From contig JBCBKP010000001.1 of NCBI GenBank assembly GCA_038521625.1, forward strand, positions 75,247 through 139,246: DNA of 64,000 nt. Direction: 5' to 3'. Source of the stretch: Planctomycetota bacterium. GTDB taxonomy: Bacteria; Planctomycetota; Phycisphaerae; Phycisphaerales; UBA1924. Shown piece after piece: positions 46,383-56,800 of the stretch (position 1 is its first letter; the number at the start of each line of letters is the position of its first letter). The notes beneath the pieces were generated by a model. The model did not search any database and had not been told where the DNA came from. It worked only from the letters and a program-made list of their open reading frames with translations. The translations under genes and the position numbers were made by a program.

Positions 46383-46481
46383 GCCGAGTTGTAGCAGGGA
46401 GTCCCCCGCGGGTCGCAGGGCGGATCGGTCCTTCGCGGAATTCGATTGCGGGCGGCCCGACCGCGGGGCATGATCTGGGTC

Positions 46482-48710
46482 ATGCCCGAGAAATCCCGAG
46501 CCGCATCCGTTCTCTCGCGACTCGCCGCGGGCGCTGGCTTCTTGATCGCGACCGGCCCGCTGCTGGCCCAGGCCCCGGCCCTGGAGCGTCGCTACGACGG
46601 CTCAAAGCTGGTCGAGGTGGTGCCGGATGGGGCCAGCCAGGTCCGCTGGCTGTCGACGCTCGAGGCCGCCGAGCCCGGGCTGCTGTTCGCCGGGGAGCGG
46701 ATCGGGCCGGGCGAGCCGGCGTGGTTCGTCGCGTCGCCGGCGGCGCTCGTGATGCTGGCCGAGCTCGGGCTCGAGGCGGACGTGCTCGCCGAGGACGTGC
46801 AGGAGCTGATCGACCAAGAGCGGGCGCCGCGTCCCGGCGCGCTGCTCCGGGCCTCGACCGACCCGTACTTCGACGACTACCGCAGGCCGGCGGAGATCGA
46901 CGCGTTCCTCGATCAGATCGCCGGCGCGCCGATCGCCGTGCGTTCGGTCATCGGGGCGACGCACGAGAGCCGCGAGATCGATCTGATCACGCTGACCGGC
47001 GCGGGGGATCCGGCCTCGAAGCCGAGCCTTCTGCTGACGTTCGGCTGCCACGCGCGCGAGTGGATCAGCGTCGCGTCCGGCAACTTCCTGCTCGACCGGC
47101 TGGTCACGGCCTACGGCAGCGACCCGCGGGTCACCGCGGCGCTCGACCGCGTGAACATCCTGCTCGTGCCGGTGGCGAACCCCGACGGGTACTCGTACAC
47201 GCACACGAACGATCGGCTGTGGCGCAAGAACCGGCGTCCGGTCATGAACGAGAACGGCGCCGATATCGGCGTCGATTGGAACCGAAACTTCGACGCCGGC
47301 TGGGGCGAGGGGATCGAGTCGGGGCTGGTCTTCCCCCAGAGCACGGCCTATGCCGGGCCGTCGGCGTTCAGCGAGCTGGAGACGCAGGCGATCCGGGACC
47401 TGGTGTTGGCGACGCCAGACCTGATCGGGCACATCGACGTCCACAGCTTCAAGCAGGTGATCTTCACGCCGACCGCGGGCCTGCCGGGCGGGATCGATCC
47501 GCTGGAGAACGCGCTGCACCGCGACATCGCGACCGACGCGATCGAGGGGATCAAGGCGGTCTCGGACACGATCCCGCAGTTCGAGAACTACACGGTGGAC
47601 GACTCGTATCTCTCCGGTGGGATGGGCTACGACTGGACGTACGCCGTCACGCAGGGCGGCTCGGATGCGCGCACGTACCTGCTCGAGCTGCCGCCGACCT
47701 CGAGCAACCCGGGGTTCCTGCTGCCGCCGGAATTCATCCGCCCGGTGGGCGAGCAGATGGTCGAGTCGGTGCTGCGGACGATCGAGACGATCGTCGACGG
47801 CGCCGGTGCTCGCGGCACATTGCCCGACGCGTCGGGTCAGATGTTCAAGGCCAGCGTGACGGCGGCCGCCGGCCCGGTCTCCGGCGTCCGCCTGGTGACC
47901 GACGTCGGCGGGGTGCGCAGCTCGAGCGCGATGGACGGCGTCGACGTGATGGCGGACACCGCAAGCGGCGGCTACGACGCGCCGCTCCCCAGCGCCGCGT
48001 GCGGCGTGCCAGTCGGTGTCTCGGTCGAGGCGACGGTGAACGGCGGCACGGTGGAGTTGCCGCAGGGCGTCGTCGAGGGGCGAGGGCGGGCGCGATGGTT
48101 CCGCGACGAGATCGAGAGCGACCAGGGATGGTCGTTCGGGCTGCCCGGCGAGGTCGTCGAGGCCTGGGGCCTCGGCCAGAGCTGGATCGCGACCTTCAAC
48201 GAGACCGGCGTCAGCTCGCTGAAGACCTACCCGATCTCGTTCGATGTCGGCGAGTTCGCGGGCGGCTCGGCCGAGCTGCGCTACACGATCCGATTCCTCG
48301 AGGGCACCGACGCGGACAAGCTCGAGGTGGGCTACCTGGATATCGACCGCGGCGACTTCTTCCCGACGACCATCGATCGCGTGCGCCCCTCGGCGACGAC
48401 GCTGACACGGACGATCCCGCTGCCGACGGACCTGCGCCGCGCGCAGATCGTCTTCCGGGCCCGGAACGTGGGCGGCGGCTTCCGCGTGGCGCTCGATTCG
48501 TTCGAGGTCGCGCTGCGGACGTGCCCGCCGGCGGCGGGCGCGGCGGACCGGGCGGTGCCGCTGGGCGTGATCTCGCAGCTGGACGTCGCGCTGTTCCTCG
48601 AGCGTTTCTTCGCGGACGACCCCGGGGCCGACCTCGCGGCGCCGTTCGGCGTGATCAGCCAGACCGACGTGGAGGCATTCGTGGACGCGTTCTTCGGTGC
48701 GGGCCAGTGA
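46482..48710 (+). CDS. secreted M14 zinc carboxypeptidase with C-terminal GC-type dockerin-like domain (paralog 1)
   Basis: ATG at 46482 gives MPEKSRAASVLSRLAAGAGFLIATGPLLAQA. The zinc site TFGCHAREWIS (HxxE) and NPDGY are present. C-terminus: CPPAAGAADRAVPLGVISQLDVALFLERFFADDPGADLAAPFGVISQTDVEAFVDAFFGAGQ. Confidence 0.85.
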   Translation: MPEKSRAASVLSRLAAGAGFLIATGPLLAQAPALERRYDGSKLVEVVPDGASQVRWLSTLEAAEPGLLFAGERIGPGEPAWFVASPAALVMLAELGLEADVLAEDVQELIDQERAPRPGALLRASTDPYFDDYRRPAEIDAFLDQIAGAPIAVRSVIGATHESREIDLITLTGAGDPASKPSLLLTFGCHAREWISVASGNFLLDRLVTAYGSDPRVTAALDRVNILLVPVANPDGYSYTHTNDRLWRKNRRPVMNENGADIGVDWNRNFDAGWGEGIESGLVFPQSTAYAGPSAFSELETQAIRDLVLATPDLIGHIDVHSFKQVIFTPTAGLPGGIDPLENALHRDIATDAIEGIKAVSDTIPQFENYTVDDSYLSGGMGYDWTYAVTQGGSDARTYLLELPPTSSNPGFLLPPEFIRPVGEQMVESVLRTIETIVDGAGARGTLPDASGQMFKASVTAAAGPVSGVRLVTDVGGVRSSSAMDGVDVMADTASGGYDAPLPSAACGVPVGVSVEATVNGGTVELPQGVVEGRGRARWFRDEIESDQGWSFGLPGEVVEAWGLGQSWIATFNETGVSSLKTYPISFDVGEFAGGSAELRYTIRFLEGTDADKLEVGYLDIDRGDFFPTTIDRVRPSATTLTRTIPLPTDLRRAQIVFRARNVGGGFRVALDSFEVALRTCPPAAGAADRAVPLGVISQLDVALFLERFFADDPGADLAAPFGVISQTDVEAFVDAFFGAGQ

Positions 48711-48793
48711 GCGGAGTGTGAAGACGGCCGATTCTCGGCGATTCGGCGTTCGAATCTCTTGGCGCGCGCGATCCTCGTTGCTTTACTCCGTCC

Positions 48794-51043
48794 ATGCCGA
48801 GAGCGCTTCTTTCCATACTTGCGGGTCTGTTTGTCGCCTCGTCGGCCGCCGCGCAGGTCGCGGGCCCTTCGCCGGCGGCGCAGCGTTACGACGGCTACCG
48901 GCTCGTCGAGGTCACCGCGGAGGATGCGCGCCAGGTGCTCGCGCTGGCGAGCTTCGACGCGACGGGCGGCCCGCTCGTGTTCGCTGGCGAGCAGGTCGCC
49001 GCGGGCATCCCCCTGCAGTTCGCGGCCGACGCGGCGGGCCTGGAGATCCTCGCGTCACTGGGGCTGGAGCCCGAGGTGGTGTTCGAGGATCTCGGCGCGG
49101 CGATCCAGCTCGAGCGCGACCGTTCGGTGGACGCGCTGCGTGCGAGCTCGGACACGTTCTTCGACGCGTACCGGACGTTCGACGAGATCCGCGCGCGGCT
49201 GGCTGAGATCGACGCGTCGTCGGGGCTGGTCTCGATCGAGCAGATCGGAGAGAGCTTCGAGGGGCGGCCGATCGAGCTCGTGCGGGTGTCGGGCGCGGGG
49301 GACGCGCTGACGAAGCCGACGATCTTCATGACGTTCGGGTGCCACGCGCGGGAGTGGATCAGCGCGTCTTCGGCGCCGTTCCTGGTCGACGCGTTGGCGT
49401 CGCGGTACGGGCAGGACGCTCGTGTGACGCGGCTGCTGGACCTGGCGACGGTGGCGATCGTGCCGCAGGCGAACCCGGACGGCTACGAGTTCACCTGGAC
49501 AGACGATCGATTCTGGCGGAAGACGCGTCGCCCGCTGGAGGACGGCGTGAACGTCGGCGTCGACTGGAACCGGAACTTCAGTGAGCGTTGGCTCACCGGG
49601 CTCATCAGCGGGCCGAGCGAGGGGTTGTACGCGGGGCCGGAGCCATTCAGCGAGCCGGAGACCAGAGCGGTGCGCGACGCGGGCCTCGCGATCGCCAACC
49701 CGCTCGCGTTCATCGACTGGCACAGCTTCACGCAGCAGATCATCCCGCCGAGGTATGGCGCGGGCTCGACGTTGGCCGACGACTCGGAGCCGCTCACGCC
49801 TATCGAGGCCGCGGTGCATCGAAGCGTCTCGAACTATCTGATCCAGGGGGCGAGAACTCTGCCGGACGGCGCCGCGGCCGAGTACGCGCATTGGGACCTG
49901 TACAGCTTCGGCGGCGGTGCGCTAGATTGGGCCCACGCCGAGCTCGGGGTTATCTCTCTGCTCGTCGAGCTCCCACCCACGGGGAGCCCGGGATTCCTGA
50001 TCGGGCCGGAGTCGATCCGCCCGGTCGGGGAGCAGGTCCTCGAGATGACGCTCTCGAAGCTGGAGATCCTGCTCGGCGATGGGATCGAGGCGGTGCTGAG
50101 CCCGAGATCGTTCGCCGGCGAGACGGTCGAGGTGACGGTGCACTCCACCGGGCCCGAGGTCGCTGGAGTCTCGCTCATCAGCGGCTCCGGCGTCGATGCG
50201 CGTACGACGCCGATGGGATCGTTTCCCGATGCACTCCCGTTCGAGTCCTTCATCGAGAATCCGCTGGGAACGGGGCCGTTCCTGGCGGAAACCGAGTTTG
50301 TGCCGTGCGGCGAGGCTCTGGCTCTTGCGGTCGACATCGAGTTGGACGACGGTTCGGTCGTGCGGCGGCCGCTCGATCCGATCAGCGGCGTGGAGTTCGG
50401 AACACTCCAGAACGGGGGCCAGGACTCGCGGGATGGGATCGAAGCCTCGCCGCCCTGGCGCTTCGGGGTGGCGCCGATCAGCGGCGAGGTCGGGTGGAGC
50501 GCCAACGGAGTTCGATCCGCGGTGTTCCGTTCGCGTGTATTCGACGTGGACGCCTGGGATCCTCTGATTCAGCAGGAGATCTGGCTGGCGATCGACTCCT
50601 TCGTGCTATGGATTCAGGAGTTCTCGGGTGTTCGGGTCTGGCTTGAGTCTCCCGACCGTGGCCGGTCGGTCGAGGTGCCGATCTCACGCCTGGTCTCCGA
50701 GACTGAGTTGAACCAGATCGTCGGCGAGCGACACAGCATTCGCGTGCCGCTCGACGATGCGCTGCGAGAACTCACGCCGAGCTTCCGCGTTCGCGCCGCG
50801 TTCTTCGGACGTGACCCGATGCTCTTTGAGCTCCGCGACATCCGCATCGAGGCGCGCGGCTGCCCGGTCCCCCTCGGCCCGGCCGATCTCGCCGTGCCCT
50901 TCGGTGTGATGACGGCCAACGACATCCAGGCGTTCCTCGACGCGTTCCAGAGCGGCTCCCTGGCGGCCGACCTGGCCGAGCCGTACGGCGTGGTCTCGCA
51001 GCTGGACATCGCCGAGTTCGTCGGCCAGTTCTTCGGCTTCTGA
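48794..51043 (+). CDS. secreted M14 zinc carboxypeptidase with C-terminal GC-type dockerin-like domain (paralog 2)
   Basis: MPRALLSILAGLFVASSAAAQ is a signal peptide. MTFGCHAREWIS and NPDGYEF are present. The C-terminus CPVPLGPADLAVPFGVMTANDIQAFLDAFQSGSLAADLAEPYGVVSQLDIAEFVGQFFGF is the same anchor domain. Confidence 0.85.
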   Translation: MPRALLSILAGLFVASSAAAQVAGPSPAAQRYDGYRLVEVTAEDARQVLALASFDATGGPLVFAGEQVAAGIPLQFAADAAGLEILASLGLEPEVVFEDLGAAIQLERDRSVDALRASSDTFFDAYRTFDEIRARLAEIDASSGLVSIEQIGESFEGRPIELVRVSGAGDALTKPTIFMTFGCHAREWISASSAPFLVDALASRYGQDARVTRLLDLATVAIVPQANPDGYEFTWTDDRFWRKTRRPLEDGVNVGVDWNRNFSERWLTGLISGPSEGLYAGPEPFSEPETRAVRDAGLAIANPLAFIDWHSFTQQIIPPRYGAGSTLADDSEPLTPIEAAVHRSVSNYLIQGARTLPDGAAAEYAHWDLYSFGGGALDWAHAELGVISLLVELPPTGSPGFLIGPESIRPVGEQVLEMTLSKLEILLGDGIEAVLSPRSFAGETVEVTVHSTGPEVAGVSLISGSGVDARTTPMGSFPDALPFESFIENPLGTGPFLAETEFVPCGEALALAVDIELDDGSVVRRPLDPISGVEFGTLQNGGQDSRDGIEASPPWRFGVAPISGEVGWSANGVRSAVFRSRVFDVDAWDPLIQQEIWLAIDSFVLWIQEFSGVRVWLESPDRGRSVEVPISRLVSETELNQIVGERHSIRVPLDDALRELTPSFRVRAAFFGRDPMLFELRDIRIEARGCPVPLGPADLAVPFGVMTANDIQAFLDAFQSGSLAADLAEPYGVVSQLDIAEFVGQFFGF

Positions 51044-51146
51044 GAGCGGTTCGCGGCGCGGGCGGGCCGCCCGGCTTGACGCGGCCCCGGGGTCGGCCCA
51101 CGATCGGGCGAGGACGGCGCGGGGCAGCGCCGCCAGGAGCCAGTCG

Positions 51147-51797
51147 ATGACCGACCCACGCCCGCTCAGCGCGAGGCTCAAGGAAGACAACTGGGATCTG
51201 CACGAGCAGGCCGAGCGCGACACGCTCCCGCAGCACCTCGTCCGCGGCACGCTCCCGCGCGAGGCCTACGTCGAGATGCTCGGGCAGATGTACCTGGCCA
51301 ACCGGGTGCTCGACGCGCGGATCACCGAGGCCCGGGGCGACGTCCCGATCCTCAACGAGCTGGTCGGCGACCGCCAGCTCCAGGGCCCGTACCTGCTCGA
51401 GGACCTCGCGTTCTTCGGGGTCGAGGCCGGCTCGCTCGAGCCCCGGCCCGGGACCGCGGCGCTGATCGCCGAGATCGAGCGCGCGGCCAGCGAGGAGCCG
51501 ATCGCCCTGTTCGGCCTGCACTACGTCCGCGAGGGCGCGAACAACGGCAACCGCTTCGTCGCGATGAAGGTCCGCGCGGCGTACGGGCTCGAGGGCACCG
51601 ACGGCACGCGATACCTCGACCCCTACGGCGGCGACCAGCGGCGCCTGTGGGACGAGTTCAAGACGCGGCTCGACGAGCAGGCCCTCTCCGAGGACGAGAA
51701 ATCGTCGATCGTCGCCTCGGCGCGGCGCATGTTCGAGCTGATCATGGCGACCCACCGCGATCACGACCTGCCCGAGCCCGCCGGCACCGCCGGCTGA
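51147..51797 (+). CDS. heme oxygenase (HO/HmuO family)
   Basis: ATG is preceded by AGGAG. LSARLKEDNWDLHEQAERDT carries the proximal His in the position of HO-1 His25 (EAHDRAE). YVREGANNG corresponds to the GDLSGGQ region. 216 aa. Confidence 0.6.
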   Translation: MTDPRPLSARLKEDNWDLHEQAERDTLPQHLVRGTLPREAYVEMLGQMYLANRVLDARITEARGDVPILNELVGDRQLQGPYLLEDLAFFGVEAGSLEPRPGTAALIAEIERAASEEPIALFGLHYVREGANNGNRFVAMKVRAAYGLEGTDGTRYLDPYGGDQRRLWDEFKTRLDEQALSEDEKSSIVASARRMFELIMATHRDHDLPEPAGTAG

Positions 51798-51809
51798 GGG
51801 AGCGACACG

Positions 51810-52490
51810 ATGACAACCGCCGTCCCCGAGCCGAGCACCGAGGTGCGGCCGCTCAGCCGCGTGCTCGGCGAGGCCTGCGTCGATGGCTTCGCCGCGCTCG
51901 ACGCCTCGCCCGTCGTCCAGGGCCTCCTCCAGGGCACGCTGCCGCGCGAGAGCTACGCCTCCTGGGTCGCCGCGATGCACGCGTTCGACCGCGAGCTCGA
52001 CGGGCTGCTGATCGGGCGACGCGACGAGGCCCTGATCCTCGCGACCACGGCCGGGGATAGCCGGCTGCACGGCCCGCTCGGGGAGCCGGACCTCCACGAC
52101 CTGGGCATCGACCGCGGCGCCGTGGCTCTGCCCGAGGCGGCGGCGCGGTTCTTCGAGGGCCTGCGCGCGGGCGAGGCGTACGAGCTGATGTCGGCGCACT
52201 TCGCCCGCTCGGCGCTGCGCAACGCGCACCGCTACCTCGCGGCGCACGCCCGCCGGACCTTCGGCTTCGAGGACCGCGAGGGCACGCGCCTGCTCGACCC
52301 GTACGGGCTCGGCCAGCGGGCGCTCTGGGAGCGGTTCCGGCGCGACGTGGACCGGCACCGCCTGCACGACGACGACCTCGAGAAGCTCAAGACCCGCGCC
52401 TGCGACGCGCTCGCCGCGCTGCTGCCGCTGCACGAGCCCGAGGGCGTCGCCTCGCCCGCCGAGACCCGCCCCGTGCTCGCGACGCTGTAA
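51810..52490 (+). CDS. heme-oxygenase-like paralog lacking the proximal His
   Basis: 13 bp after the previous gene, with a GAGGGAG RBS. It shares GTLPRE(S/A)Y and TRLLDPYG..QR.LWE.F with the upstream HO. The His position reads GEACVDGF. Confidence 0.5.
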   Translation: MTTAVPEPSTEVRPLSRVLGEACVDGFAALDASPVVQGLLQGTLPRESYASWVAAMHAFDRELDGLLIGRRDEALILATTAGDSRLHGPLGEPDLHDLGIDRGAVALPEAAARFFEGLRAGEAYELMSAHFARSALRNAHRYLAAHARRTFGFEDREGTRLLDPYGLGQRALWERFRRDVDRHRLHDDDLEKLKTRACDALAALLPLHEPEGVASPAETRPVLATL

Positions 52491-52511
52491 CGAGCGGGTA
52501 CGCTCCCGGCG

Positions 52512-53855
52512 ATGCCGCCCTTCCAGTATCTCGACGGCGAGCTCATGGCCGAGCGGGTCCGAGTCGCCGACGTCGCCGACCGCTTCGGCACGCCGCTGAT
52601 CGTGCACTCGGCCCGATCGCTGGCTCGGCACCACGAGCGGATCCAGTCGGCGCTCACGCCGATCGGGGCCTCGGTCCATTTCGCGGTCGACGCCTGCCCC
52701 GACCTTGGCGTGCTCCGCGCCCTCGCGGAGCGGGGGGCCGGCTTCTACGCCGGCGGGGGGCTGCACCTCGAGCGGGCCTGGCTGGCCGGCGCCTCGATGC
52801 AGCGTGTCGTCCTCGCCGGTGTCGGCAAGTCCGACGAGGTGCTGCGGGCCGCCGTGGACGGCGTCTACAGCCCGATGTTCGGCCTGGGGACGCTCGTCGG
52901 CGACAAGCCCGCGTCTTACCGCGGCCCGGTCGGGCTGCTCAGCCTCGACAACCCGCTCGAGCTCGAGCGCCTCCGCCGCGCAGCTTCCGGGCTCCGCGTG
53001 AACTGCCGCGCGATGATCCGCGTGGCGATCGACCCCGACGGCGAGGGCGAGACCAAGTTCGGCGTCTCGCCCGACGACGTCGAGCTGTTCCTCTCGAGAC
53101 ACGACCCCGCCGGGCCCGTGAAGATCGTCGGCCTGCACGCGCACACGCCGCCCGGCGGTCGCGACGCCGCCCGCATCGGGCGCACGGCGTCGCTGCTGTG
53201 CGAGCTGGGGCTCGGGCTGCGGGCGCGCCACGAGCACATCGACACGATCGACGTCGGCGGCGGCTGGGCCGCGGTCGGCCTCTCGCGGCGCGTCGAGCTC
53301 CCGGAGACCTACGCCGACGCGGTCTCGGGCGCGACGCACCGGTGGGTGGCCGAGGGCGGCTCGGTGATCGTCGAGCCCGGTCGCGCGATCTCCGCCTCGG
53401 CCGGGATCCTCGTCACGCGCGTGCTCGACGTGAAGCGCCTGCACGGGCGAGACATCGCCTACTGCGACGCCGGGCTCGAGGAGCGCCTCCGCCCGAGCGA
53501 CGCCGGCGGATTCCGCCTCGCGTGGCCGGTCTCGGTCGACTCGGGGCAGGAGCCGCCGAGCGACGAGGACTCGAGGATCGACAGCCGGAACATGCACTGG
53601 GCCGATCTCGCCGGGCCGACCGGTCGTGAGCGCGACGCGCTCGCCCGCGGTCGCCTGCTCCCGAAGATCGAGTCGGGCGACCTCATCGCGGTCTTCGGCG
53701 CGGGCGCCTACGCGAGCCGCTGCGTGCTCACGCAGTCCGGGCGCGACGGCTGCGCCCGCATCATCGTCGACGAATACTCGGCCCGGCTCACGCGCGCCAA
53801 GGGCGACGGCCCCGCCTCGCTGCGCCCCGAGCTCGACACCGGGAGCCCCGCTTGA
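52512..53855 (+). CDS. type-III PLP-fold (Orn/DAP/Arg decarboxylase family) protein with PLP-Lys replaced by Asp
   Basis: FGTPLIVHSARSLARHHERIQ, IDVGGGW, EPGRAIS and FGAGAYAS match the LysA-family motif order. At the Schiff-base position LysA has FAQKACSN; here it reads FAVDACPD. 447 aa. Confidence 0.6.
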   Translation: MPPFQYLDGELMAERVRVADVADRFGTPLIVHSARSLARHHERIQSALTPIGASVHFAVDACPDLGVLRALAERGAGFYAGGGLHLERAWLAGASMQRVVLAGVGKSDEVLRAAVDGVYSPMFGLGTLVGDKPASYRGPVGLLSLDNPLELERLRRAASGLRVNCRAMIRVAIDPDGEGETKFGVSPDDVELFLSRHDPAGPVKIVGLHAHTPPGGRDAARIGRTASLLCELGLGLRARHEHIDTIDVGGGWAAVGLSRRVELPETYADAVSGATHRWVAEGGSVIVEPGRAISASAGILVTRVLDVKRLHGRDIAYCDAGLEERLRPSDAGGFRLAWPVSVDSGQEPPSDEDSRIDSRNMHWADLAGPTGRERDALARGRLLPKIESGDLIAVFGAGAYASRCVLTQSGRDGCARIIVDEYSARLTRAKGDGPASLRPELDTGSPA

Positions 53856-56800
53856 GTCGTCGCCGCTGGCTCGTCGCCGGCGCGGCGGTCGCGGCGTACC
53901 TCCTGGCCGTCGTCGTGTCGAACCTCGTCACCGACCCCGCATCGGGCACCCTCTCGCGCTCGTCGGCCCGCAGCTCGTTCGTGGAGACGCCGGTCTTCGA
54001 TCGCGACGGCGTGGTCGCGGGCGGCGCGACGACACGGATCCATCTCGAGCACGCGCGTGCCGAGGCCGAGAACCCGCGCCCCACCGCGGTCTTGATCCAC
54101 GGCTCGCCCGGCGGGCTGGGCAGCTTCGGACCGCTCGCGCCGCTGCTGCGCGATGCCGGCTACGACACGCTCGCGATCGACCTCGCCGGCTTCGGGCGAT
54201 CCGACGCCGACGTCCCCGACTATGGCTCGCGGGCCCAGGCCCGCTACGTCCTGGCCGTCATGGACGAGCTCGGCGTCGATCGGGCCCACGCGGCCGGCTT
54301 CTCGCTCGGCGGCGCCGTCGCGATGCACATGGCGGACATGCGTCCGCAGGCCGTCGCGACCGTCACGCTGCTCGCGTCGGTCGGCCTGCAGGAGACCGAG
54401 GGCTCGGGCTCGCACCTGCTCGAGCAGGCGCGCTACCGCATCGCGACGATCGGACCAAGTCTCCTCCCGCACTTCGGCGCGATCGATGTCAGCGACCGCT
54501 CGCTCGCGTGGGCGCTCTACTTCTGCCACACCGACCAGCGGCTGCTCGGGCCGATCATGCGCGCGCTGGAGACCCCGACGCTGATCCTCCACGGGCGCAG
54601 CGACCCGCTCGTGACGCACCACGCGGCCGAACGCCACCACGCGGTCATGCCCTCGGCCCGATTGGTCATGACGGACCTAGCGGGCTCGGACCTCGCGCCG
54701 ATCGGGCACTTCCTGCCGTTCCTCCAGCCCGAGCGGTCGGCGCCGATCCTGACCGGCTTCTTCGCGCGCCACGACGAGCCCGGCGTCCGCCCGCTGACCC
54801 ATGTCAGCGATCTCGTCCCCGCGCGCGACCGCGGGCTGCTGACACCGGCGCTGCGCGGGCTGTGGTCGCTGCCATGGTGGGCGGTGCTGCTCGGCTTCGC
54901 GCTGCTCGCGCGCTGGTCTCCGACGACCGCGATCGTCCTCGGCGGTCTGGGCAAGGCGACGCTCAGCCTCGACTTCGGCCTGACCGCGCTCGCGGTGACG
55001 CTCGGGCGCCTGAGCGCCCGCGCTCCGGACGGGCTCAAACGCCCCGCGGCGCGCGTGCTGCAGCGTCTGCTCTGGCCGACCCCGCTCCTGCTGATCTCGA
55101 CACTCGGCTGGGTCGCGATCGAGTTCGCGTTCGAGGATGCGCGGGTCGGCCCGCTCACGCTCGTCGCCGCGACGGTTTTCGCGGTCCTGCTCGTGCTCGG
55201 CGTGCGCCGGCTGACGCGCCTCTGGTCCCGCCGCCCGATCGCGTTCGGCGCGGTCCTGGTCGCGCTCGTCGCCAGCCACATCGTCGCGCTCGCGGTGCCC
55301 GACCGCGCCTGGCTGATGCCGGCCGACGCCGTGCGTGCGACGACCGAGATCCCGCTCGGACCGACCGCCGATCTGACGCGGGCTCGCAGCGCCCGTCTGT
55401 CATACCTCGCCTGGCCCACCGCCGGGCCGAGCGAGCGCCCGCCGGTCGTCCTCCTGCACGGCTCGCCCGGCCTCGCCACCGACTGGTCGAACCTCGGCCC
55501 GCTGCTCGAAGCGCAGGGCCGGGACGTCTACGCGCTCGATCTGCCCGGCTTCGGGCTCTCGGAAGCCTGGCTGCACGACTACTCGGCACGGACCTACGCG
55601 GAGATCGTGCTCGCCTGGATGGACGCCCGCGGCATCCGCCGCGCCCATCTCGTCGGCTGGTCGAACAGCGGCAACCTCGTGATCCATGCGGCCGACCTGG
55701 CGCCCGAGCGCCTCGCCTCGATCACCATGCTCGCCGCGACCGGGCCGCAGGAGACCGAGGGCTCCGGCGTGCGCGCGTTCGAGCACGCCAAGTACCTCGT
55801 CGGCTACCTGGGCGTCGTGGCCCTCCCCGAGGTCGTCCCGCCGCTGCAGAACGCCTTCCCGCGCGCGTGGCGCCACGCCTTCATCCGCAACTTCATCGAC
55901 ACCGACCAGCGGCTCGCCGGCCCGATCATGCGACGCATCGAGACCCCGACGCTGGTGCTCCAGGGGCGGGCCGACTTCCTGCTCGCCGACTGGGCCGCCG
56001 AACAGCACCACGAGGTCCTGCCGGCCAGCCGCCTCGTGGTCACCGCCGACGGGCACATGATGCCGTTCTTGAACCCCGGCAACGTCGCCGCCGCGCTCGC
56101 GCCGTTCCTCGAGCGCCACGACCCGCCGGGCGTCGCCGCCCTGACCCACACGTCCGACCTGGCGCCCAGGCCCGACCGCGGCGTGCTCGACCAACTGCTG
56201 CGGGCCGTGCGCGATGCGCCGTGGTGGATCCCGATCCCGGTGCTCTTCGTGCTCGCCTGGCTGCGCCCCGAGACGACGACCGCGATCGCCGCGGTCTTCA
56301 CGAGCGCCATGTCGCTCGACTTCGGCGTCGCCTTCTGCGGGCTGCTCCCCGCCAGGCTGCTCCGAGCGCGCCGCCCGTGGGAGCCCGCCGGCCGCACGAG
56401 GCTCGAGGATCTCGCGTGGACGCCGATCGCGCTGCTGATCGCGCAGCCGCTTTCGGCCGTGGGACCGGTCTACGACGCGGCCGGGCTCCTCGGAGTCGTC
56501 GCCCAGATCGCGGCGGTGACGCCGATCGCGCTGCTGATCGCACAGCCGCTTTCGGCCGTGGGACCGGTCTACGACGCGGCCGGGCTGCTCGGCGTCGTCG
56601 CCCAGGTCGCGGCGGTGACGCTCGCGCTTCATCTCGCCCGGCGCGCGGTCACACGCGAGGGCCGCCAGCGGATCCGCGCCGGCTTCGTCCGGACCGTCTC
56701 GCACGAGTGGTGGCCGACGTGGACGTTCTACCTCCCGATCACGCCCGTGATCATCGCGCGCGCGTTGAAGCACCGCTCGCTGCTGCTGCCGACCGCGATC

